A DNA stretch of 16,690 nucleotides from Oligoflexales bacterium (GTDB taxonomy: Bacteria > Bdellovibrionota_B > Oligoflexia > Oligoflexales > Bog-1112): assembly GCA_045105515.1 (NCBI GenBank), contig JBGCDR010000173.1, forward strand, positions 1-16,690. Reading direction: 5' to 3'. The translations under genes and the position numbers were made by a program. The notes beneath the pieces were generated by a model. That model did not search any database and was not told the origin of the DNA. It was given only the letters and a program-made list of their open reading frames with translations. This document shows, piece after piece, positions 6,757 through 13,829 of the stretch. Position 1 is the first letter of the stretch. Each line of letters opens with the position of its first letter.

Positions 6757-8436
6757 ATGACTTCAAGAATTGAGTCGAAAGAACACTCAAACATCTTATC
6801 AACGGACAGATTTTTAAGAACTATTCTTCTATTACTTTTTTGCTTTTTAGGAGCTTCTTCTCTGAGTTTCGCAAGCTCCCAAAACAATCATAATATTTGG
6901 GTCATTGGCGCACCTGGTGCAGGTAAGTCTGCATTGATTTCTGCAGCAATTACGAAGCTAGCTACCCCTGAGATTTATGCAAAGCTCGGAAATCTGAATC
7001 CTGACAGACTTGATGAATTTGGGGACCAAGTCAAAGAAGATCTACATTTTTTCGAAACCCTCGGGAAGGATATTTTATCACGGCCTAGCCTAGCAATTGG
7101 GAGTATTGAGGGCAATGGTTTGCATAATCCAAGCAACTTTTTATTCAAACTGAAATTTTCTCCTGTTGAAATAAGCACCGACACCAATTCTTCAATTTTG
7201 CATTCGACAAGATACTTAAACCAATATACGCATGCCCATTCAGGGTATAGTTTTATTGATACCCCGGGTATAAAGGCGGGCAATGCATACCAGGTCGCGA
7301 ATGCCATCAACTTTAGTGCGCTTACGAGTAAAGGTGGTCTTCAAGGGAGTGTTAATCAAATTGTAGCCTTATTGCAAGTGAACCAGCAGATGCTTGAGGA
7401 AATTCAGCAAGAAGCCACTACTTCCAGCAGCTGGATCGGATATGTTAGTCAAGGCCTTCGAAAAACTTTTTATTATAACGATTTTGAGCGTCAGATTGCT
7501 AATATCATTAAAGCAGCTGAGGGAACGGTTAACCTTAAACAACATGGGGCCCCGATTCAATTAGTGCTTGTACCTACCCAAGATATGTTGGAGGATCTTG
7601 AAGGTATTAAATCTTTCGAACTTATTAAATCTCTCAACGAAACCCTAAGCACAGATGCTTCGCTTAAAGTTAATCTGACAAACAAAATTTCTAACTTAGG
7701 CCTCCCCGTGGAAGGGAATCAGCTGATAACACAGCTTGTTAACTGGACAAGCATTTATGAGTCTTCATTAGATCTGCGCGACTCAAAGTTCAGCTATTAT
7801 GCTGAGAAAATAGACTCCATTCTTGATCAAATATTTAATAATAAAAAACTTGGGCTTAAATTTGAGCTTGGAAAAAAACTTGAAAAATCTCAAAAAGCTA
7901 TTGCATTCGCTGATGTAAACTTGGTGTCGGAACTGCCTGAAAAAACGAATAAATACTATCAAGAAGTTGATGATCTAAAGGTTTCACTAGATAATCTAGG
8001 GCAAAACATAAGACAAGATTTAGAAGAGGTTGAAGGACTGCAAGCGAGAGATATTAAACTTACTAAAGAAAAATCTCGTTTACCTGGCCTCTCGATTTTG
8101 AGCAGTTCAGATGTAAAAGATGAGAATTATTCAGGGCCAGTTAATTTTAGATTTGCAAGTGTTAGCCAATACAGGGATGCAGTGTATCATGCAGACTTCC
8201 TCTTTTTTGGTCGAAATTCAGAAGGACAGTTTGGCATATTTTTTGACTTAGACACCTTCCCTAGAAGCCTCACTGGAGATCTTCCTCCTATACCTAAAAA
8301 AATTGATATGAGTGTTAAAAGAATTGGACAGGCAGAAGCTTTGGTACATTCTTTCGAATTTGCTGATCCAAAAAATAACGCAAACAAAAAAACGGTTCAT
8401 TTTGAGCTTTTAAGTAAAGATATCAAATCAATCTGA
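6757..8436 (+). CDS. Signal-peptide P-loop GTPase/coiled-coil protein, N-terminal part (559 aa) of a probable larger gene 6757-11130
   Basis: ATG 6757 gives a signal-like segment RFLRTILLLLFCFLGASSLSFA. G1 GAPGAGKS (6907-6930), probable G2 Thr in HSTRY, G3 DTPG (7258-7269); G4 not clearly recognisable. Heptad-rich helix at ~7954-8082. Ends at TGA 8434-8436 with the same frame continuing. Confidence 0.75.
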   Translation: MTSRIESKEHSNILSTDRFLRTILLLLFCFLGASSLSFASSQNNHNIWVIGAPGAGKSALISAAITKLATPEIYAKLGNLNPDRLDEFGDQVKEDLHFFETLGKDILSRPSLAIGSIEGNGLHNPSNFLFKLKFSPVEISTDTNSSILHSTRYLNQYTHAHSGYSFIDTPGIKAGNAYQVANAINFSALTSKGGLQGSVNQIVALLQVNQQMLEEIQQEATTSSSWIGYVSQGLRKTFYYNDFERQIANIIKAAEGTVNLKQHGAPIQLVLVPTQDMLEDLEGIKSFELIKSLNETLSTDASLKVNLTNKISNLGLPVEGNQLITQLVNWTSIYESSLDLRDSKFSYYAEKIDSILDQIFNNKKLGLKFELGKKLEKSQKAIAFADVNLVSELPEKTNKYYQEVDDLKVSLDNLGQNIRQDLEEVEGLQARDIKLTKEKSRLPGLSILSSSDVKDENYSGPVNFRFASVSQYRDAVYHADFLFFGRNSEGQFGIFFDLDTFPRSLTGDLPPIPKKIDMSVKRIGQAEALVHSFEFADPKNNANKKTVHFELLSKDIKSI

Positions 8437-8448
8437 AAAACTGAATTA

Positions 8449-11130
8449 TTGAGCGGAATCCTTGCAGAAGATTTTAATGGTTACGTTTCGTTTCACGCTC
8501 GTGGTAATGGCCATGATTTGTACTCTTTTGGAACTCCAAGAGAATTTCCTGTGGATATATACTCTAAGCAAGACGGCGCAGAACTTGAATATAAAAGGTT
8601 AGATCCAAGCTCAGTTGAAAAAACGCTTTCGGATATTCTTCTTAAAAAAATGGCAGTCGAAGCAACTTTAGGGAACTTTGAAGAAAGCAAAGAAAGATTC
8701 GTGACTGTTTCGAGACAGAAGGATATTATTTTTTCTGACTATAACTCCTACGTTTCTAGTTTGAAGCGTGGTGGAGTTCCCAATGTTGATGCGTATCTTA
8801 AGGAACTAGCTAAAGAAAATGGTAGTATCAAGGAAGAGTTTGATCGCTTTTCAGAAGCCCCGATTGCAAACCAGCTAAATGCTAGTTTTGAAGATTTAAT
8901 TTCCCTTAGAAGTAAGCTAGAGAATAAGGTTGAGAGTTTAGATAAAAGATTTGATCCTGTCCTTCCGGATTCGAAAGCAAGTGGATTGGATACGATGGTC
9001 TTTAAGTCGCATGATGAAATGCATAGAAATTTACTCAGTGAGCGAATTAAGGAGGCAATCAGCTTGATATTTGATGCCTTTGAAGATGGGATTCTAAGTT
9101 CAAGAGTTGAAAATGGTGAATTCATTTATACATCTACTAGTGCGGAAGTTTTGGCTGCATTGGTAAACACCATTTTTCTCCCTCGCTATCAGGAAGGAGC
9201 TAAAATTGTCGCAACGGAAGGTGGATCGTCTGAGTTTAGAAATAGCAATAACTTTGAACTTCGTGAATCAAATGATGACCGTTGGCAGGCACCTATGGAC
9301 CAGAAAGACCTTTCAACGAATATTAATATTGCTGTCTTTGGTCCAAGAGGATCTGGAAAAACTACTTTTCTAAATACAGCTAATCACTTTGCGAGCACTC
9401 TTGATAAAGGGGTTGCTAAGGCTATTGATGAGGCCCATGGTATGGGGTACCCAGGCCTGCCTTTGTCAGCTTGGGCAAATAGGGGTTTTAATCATTCTTG
9501 GACCCATAGCTATTATGGAAACGATGAATTTACGGTTGGGAGTCTAAGAGCCCAGCTTCCTGCACTAGCCAGTGATTCCCTGGAATTTGTACGTCTATGC
9601 AAAGACCCCACTTGTTCTTCAGTCAATGTCCATGAGCATAAATATTTAAGACCTAATCCTGTACAGAAAGGCTCTACCGAGGCAAATGGAGAAGTTCTTG
9701 ATAGTATCAATACCGTAAAAGTAGGAATGATACCTCAATATCACTTCAAAGCCCTTGATGTACGAGGATTTATTCCTGATGACAATATTTTTAGTAAAAA
9801 AGGCTCTGTAAACTCCAACCCTCTTCTTCGAGCAATGGTCCAAAATAAGGATTTTGAGTCCTTGGATGGTTTGGTACTTGTGTTGAATGCTCAAAAAATT
9901 CTGAACGATGACCATAGCTCGAGCTATAAACGTTCTACAGAAAATCAATTATTAGCCATCAACGAAATACGAACAAATTCTGATACAGGCAATGTTAGGC
10001 CTCTCCATGTGGTATTTACCCACTTTTTAGATTTGGTTAAAAACGGCGAAAATATAGAAAAATCTAGCTCAGATGGAGAGTCTGCTTATTTGGCCGAATT
10101 AAGGAATCAGCTACACGCCCATTTAAGAGAGTTGATGGGTACAGCCAAGGAAAACATAAATATCTATTTCATTGATCAGGAATATCTATGGTCAGATAGT
10201 AAATCTTTAAAAAACAAAAATCGTTTTATTCATTATAAAACTGCTGCTCATGAGGTAGTTCGCCTTTTCGAAAATGTAAACAAAAATGCATGGGAAATGG
10301 GTTTAGATGATTTTCGACAAAACTTTGCTGATGCATTGGAAGAGAAAAGAATTATGCTTAAATACTCAACTGGAAAACTTGATAGCACTATTTCTGCTTA
10401 TAGGAAATCTGAAAGAGATCAGGGAGATTTTTCTGTTGACGGAAATGTGATCAATCAAAAAGACAAAGAATATATAAAAGAAAAGCAGGCCGCAGCTCTT
10501 CAAATTGTTCAGGTGGGTTTAGATGATCAAAAAAACATCCAAATGCAAGAACGAGGTAGTGCCCCCATACATTATTTTTTACAGGAAGAAAATCCAGATC
10601 GGGTTTGGTGGAATCACCATAGAGGCCGGGAGCGCACTGCCGGGAGAGATAAATTAGTAGAGTTAGTTGTGGATCAAATAAAAGATCTTACCTCCAAAGG
10701 AGGAATCAATGGCTCTGATACAGGCAGGGATTTATTTGTTGTCAGAAGTCTCGGAAAACTTGGCAAACTCAAAGGACAGTATTGCTGGCATCAACCATAT
10801 AAAAGGTATGATATTACCGATTGTACATTGATCCATAAAGTTTTAGAAGGACTGGAAAATAACGCTCTCGTTAGCGATGATCTCAAGTTGGTAAGAGATA
10901 ATCACAAATCACCATTTGAGCAAGCTAAAGGGGTGGCATCAAAATACCGCGATAATCAAAAATGGAAGACAGCAGAATCAGTAGATGGGGGAGACCTTCA
11001 TATGGTGGCTGTTTTTGCCCGGAGTGTTGATAAGAAATCAAAAGAGGCAAAAATTGAACTAGTTTATATTGATATTAAGAAAGCTTCAGCACTGAGTGGA
11101 GAAGTTGATATCAGTAAGTGGCTTTTCTAA
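8449..11130 (+). CDS. P-loop GTPase/coiled-coil protein, probable C-terminal part of the gene beginning at 6757
   Basis: Same frame as the upstream ORF; the nominal TTG start has no Shine-Dalgarno. G1 GPRGSGKT (9340-9363), G3 DVRG (9757-9768), strand LDGLVLVLNA, G4-like VVFTHFLD (~10009-10032). Helical segments flank the domain. Confidence 0.75.
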   Translation: MSGILAEDFNGYVSFHARGNGHDLYSFGTPREFPVDIYSKQDGAELEYKRLDPSSVEKTLSDILLKKMAVEATLGNFEESKERFVTVSRQKDIIFSDYNSYVSSLKRGGVPNVDAYLKELAKENGSIKEEFDRFSEAPIANQLNASFEDLISLRSKLENKVESLDKRFDPVLPDSKASGLDTMVFKSHDEMHRNLLSERIKEAISLIFDAFEDGILSSRVENGEFIYTSTSAEVLAALVNTIFLPRYQEGAKIVATEGGSSEFRNSNNFELRESNDDRWQAPMDQKDLSTNINIAVFGPRGSGKTTFLNTANHFASTLDKGVAKAIDEAHGMGYPGLPLSAWANRGFNHSWTHSYYGNDEFTVGSLRAQLPALASDSLEFVRLCKDPTCSSVNVHEHKYLRPNPVQKGSTEANGEVLDSINTVKVGMIPQYHFKALDVRGFIPDDNIFSKKGSVNSNPLLRAMVQNKDFESLDGLVLVLNAQKILNDDHSSSYKRSTENQLLAINEIRTNSDTGNVRPLHVVFTHFLDLVKNGENIEKSSSDGESAYLAELRNQLHAHLRELMGTAKENINIYFIDQEYLWSDSKSLKNKNRFIHYKTAAHEVVRLFENVNKNAWEMGLDDFRQNFADALEEKRIMLKYSTGKLDSTISAYRKSERDQGDFSVDGNVINQKDKEYIKEKQAAALQIVQVGLDDQKNIQMQERGSAPIHYFLQEENPDRVWWNHHRGRERTAGRDKLVELVVDQIKDLTSKGGINGSDTGRDLFVVRSLGKLGKLKGQYCWHQPYKRYDITDCTLIHKVLEGLENNALVSDDLKLVRDNHKSPFEQAKGVASKYRDNQKWKTAESVDGGDLHMVAVFARSVDKKSKEAKIELVYIDIKKASALSGEVDISKWLF

Positions 11131-11165
11131 ATTGACGATTATTTAAGGCTTAAAAGGACTGAAAA

Positions 11166-13805
11166 ATGACAGCATACTTTTCTTATATTTGTTTTATATT
11201 AACCATTCTAGTTGGGGAGTTTGTGGCCCCATCTCATACTCCTTTGCATGCTAGTCCCGGCAAGCCAACAAAGGGCTCGACACCTAAAAGGCACGTTCCT
11301 AGTAATAGTGCAAAGCCCAGCTTCAAAGCTGACTTCTGGCACGGAACTGAAACCCACCGTAATGGGCCAACTCGAGCAAGATGGGAAGCTGAGCTACATC
11401 TTGACACAAAGAAGGCAAAAGTTTGGAGGGCAAATGAGACAGGAGAGAGCACTCGGATTTTGATTTTGCCACTTTATGCAGCTCACCTTAGGCAAATCCT
11501 CCAGATCTTCTTTTTAAAAGCTGGGTTTCCTGAGCTTGATGAAAAATTATTGAGTACTAGCGAAAAGCTTGACTTTATCGTAAGAGTAGCTCAGGAAGTG
11601 CATGTCTCTCATCAGGGTAAAGCTTGGGCGCATAAAGAAACTGAATGGAATGAAGTAGAAGATGATGGCCTATTTGGGGGGGAAATATCTCTCTACAATG
11701 AAGAGTTTATCGATTTCGCTTATGCCGTTCTAGGTAAGGATAAGCTAGAAGAACGGCTTAGGAATAGGTCCTTAGATGGAGAAGAGGAAAATATAGATTC
11801 AAGGGTTGAAGAAGAAGTAAAATCAGCCCAGGAGACGGCTCCATCTACTTTTGGGATGATCTCATCGTGGTTTTCTTCAGTGCCAAACAATACCGATTCC
11901 AAGACCGAGCAAATTGCTAAGAAATCACAGGCTGAACTGAAGCAAGATATATGCGAAGATGAAGAAGATTTTTTTGCTGATTCTAGTACTAATCTAGAGC
12001 AGATTGATGAGTCAGGAAGTGAATATGACCTGATGATAGATCGCCTCTTTGAGTCGGCAAAACAAAGGTTTTTCCTCAAATATATTGATGAGTTTAAGTT
12101 TGAAGATCAAATAGGTCTAAATTCAGAAAAACGACTTGGGATAGTTGACCAAGGAAGAGAGTCTTTTTTTGGAGAAGCCCCTCCTAAAAAAGTTGGAGAG
12201 ATGGGGCAGGCTAATGCTTACAACCCAAATTTTGACCTGATATCCCGGTTTGTCATTGATTTTTTAAAGATAGAGAAAGATTTTGGGAATGATGTACTTC
12301 CAATAACAGGTGAAAACGATGATGGTTTTCCTTCGGATGATTGGCAATTAGATTGGCCAGACTCTGCTGCAATCCGTTTTAAAATTGATGGCAAATTATA
12401 TGATGTATATTTTCCAACTCGCTGGGCAAGTGTGGAAGCCGATCGCAGTGGACTTCTAGCTTGTGATTCTTGCAATGAAGTAAACGAGCTTAGCAATTGT
12501 AAGGATGATAAAGTTCGCCACAACCATCCAAACGGGTTTACTTATATTGAGCTTTCTAAAAAAGAGGAATTACCTCTTAATAATTATCCACGAAAACCAG
12601 CTAAGGGATATCCTGGAATCAACTATGGATATTTTCCCTTGCAAACGCCGAGAATTTTAAGAGCTTTTCAAGATCGCCCCCTAAACGCAGTTTGGAGTAT
12701 TTCCACTTCTGGAGGATTAGCTGGTGCTGAAGGTGCAAGGATGCTAGGTGGAGATAGCAAAGATCTGACCTCGAGGTTTGAGAGTCTTGAACAGGCGAAG
12801 AGCCGTTATGAGTACCCAGCAAAGTTTGAGCTTATGTGGGAAGGAAGAGCTAGTTTTTACCCCCCAGAAAGTAACGTCTTTGACTTAAGCTTATATCAAA
12901 ATTCAGATTGTGAAGACGATAAACACTATAAAAGCCCAAATCAGTGCTTAGCTGCAGTAGATTACCGAAGCATTATGGATATTTCAGACTTTGCTAAACT
13001 TCTCAAAGATAGTGGTAAAAGCAACTTCTTTTGGCAAGATCAGGAAGGGGCCTGCAGATGTAGAGATTGGAGAGCAGCATGCTATAAAAAAGGCAGAAGT
13101 CGATGGGCAGTCTCTATAGGGGAACCTCTGGATAAATCTTTAAAATTAAGTACTCCAGGGTTGCAGTTAGATAAGTACCCCGAAAAAGAAATTTATGCTC
13201 AAAAAGGATTACTTGAAGAGAACATTCGAACTATAAGTGATGCTTTACATATTTCTAAATATCTGCGCAAGGTCCCAATTTCAGGATTGAAAGAGGTTAT
13301 CCCTAAACCAGAATTAAGGATTTTGCGCGCTGGAGAAAGAGTTAAGATCATCTCAAAACATGACATGGAATCATTAGAAATAAAAATAGAATTTCAAAGT
13401 GAATATTTTGAAAATTTCTTCTTTGATCTTAATGTGAATTCTTCGAGTAAAAAGAATGGAGTCACCGAGCTTGAAATGATAGTGCCTCCGGATCTGGCTA
13501 TATTAGTCAAGCCAAAGTACAAAGGCATACAAAATGTACCCACTAAGTTTATTGCTATAAGACCCTTCAATGAAAGGGAAAAAGTCAAAAAAGAGCTCTT
13601 TGATGTAGAACTAAATTTTACAGTTCCGTTAAAATCTTCAGACACCATGCAATTTGAACTCAATAGGGTCAATTCCCGAGAATATGATTTTAATGTATTA
13701 AACTCAGATGAAACAAAGGAAAAAGTCAAGAAAACCATGAAACCGGAATTGACTAGTACAAAACCCCAAAGGAAAAATTTAGAACTAGATATTAAAGTTT
13801 TATAA
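11166..13805 (+). CDS. Large hypothetical protein, 879 aa, probably exported, with acidic segments and Cys/His clusters
   Basis: AAAGGA RBS at ~11153-11158. Hydrophobic N-terminus ending ...PLHA|S. Starts 35 nt after the previous stop. No family recognised. Confidence 0.8.
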   Translation: MTAYFSYICFILTILVGEFVAPSHTPLHASPGKPTKGSTPKRHVPSNSAKPSFKADFWHGTETHRNGPTRARWEAELHLDTKKAKVWRANETGESTRILILPLYAAHLRQILQIFFLKAGFPELDEKLLSTSEKLDFIVRVAQEVHVSHQGKAWAHKETEWNEVEDDGLFGGEISLYNEEFIDFAYAVLGKDKLEERLRNRSLDGEEENIDSRVEEEVKSAQETAPSTFGMISSWFSSVPNNTDSKTEQIAKKSQAELKQDICEDEEDFFADSSTNLEQIDESGSEYDLMIDRLFESAKQRFFLKYIDEFKFEDQIGLNSEKRLGIVDQGRESFFGEAPPKKVGEMGQANAYNPNFDLISRFVIDFLKIEKDFGNDVLPITGENDDGFPSDDWQLDWPDSAAIRFKIDGKLYDVYFPTRWASVEADRSGLLACDSCNEVNELSNCKDDKVRHNHPNGFTYIELSKKEELPLNNYPRKPAKGYPGINYGYFPLQTPRILRAFQDRPLNAVWSISTSGGLAGAEGARMLGGDSKDLTSRFESLEQAKSRYEYPAKFELMWEGRASFYPPESNVFDLSLYQNSDCEDDKHYKSPNQCLAAVDYRSIMDISDFAKLLKDSGKSNFFWQDQEGACRCRDWRAACYKKGRSRWAVSIGEPLDKSLKLSTPGLQLDKYPEKEIYAQKGLLEENIRTISDALHISKYLRKVPISGLKEVIPKPELRILRAGERVKIISKHDMESLEIKIEFQSEYFENFFFDLNVNSSSKKNGVTELEMIVPPDLAILVKPKYKGIQNVPTKFIAIRPFNEREKVKKELFDVELNFTVPLKSSDTMQFELNRVNSREYDFNVLNSDETKEKVKKTMKPELTSTKPQRKNLELDIKVL

Positions 13806-13829
13806 TTAAAAATATTTGAAGTAGGCATC

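Noticed and set aside
8434..8436. Genome-wide TGA recoding (code 4/25)
   Set aside because: Several 550-900-codon ORFs use TGG for Trp with no internal TGA, and TGA ends the C2, GH16 and helicase genes at sensible positions.
8434..8482. Selenocysteine codon with SECIS
   Set aside because: Only a weak, bulged AU/GU-rich hairpin can be drawn downstream, and the context is not a redox motif. Not supportable without a bacterial SECIS search.
11334..11348. FWHGT as a PARP-like ADP-ribosyltransferase motif
   Set aside because: The expected G-x-Y-F and catalytic Glu strands do not follow at normal spacing; GYF appears more than 400 aa later.
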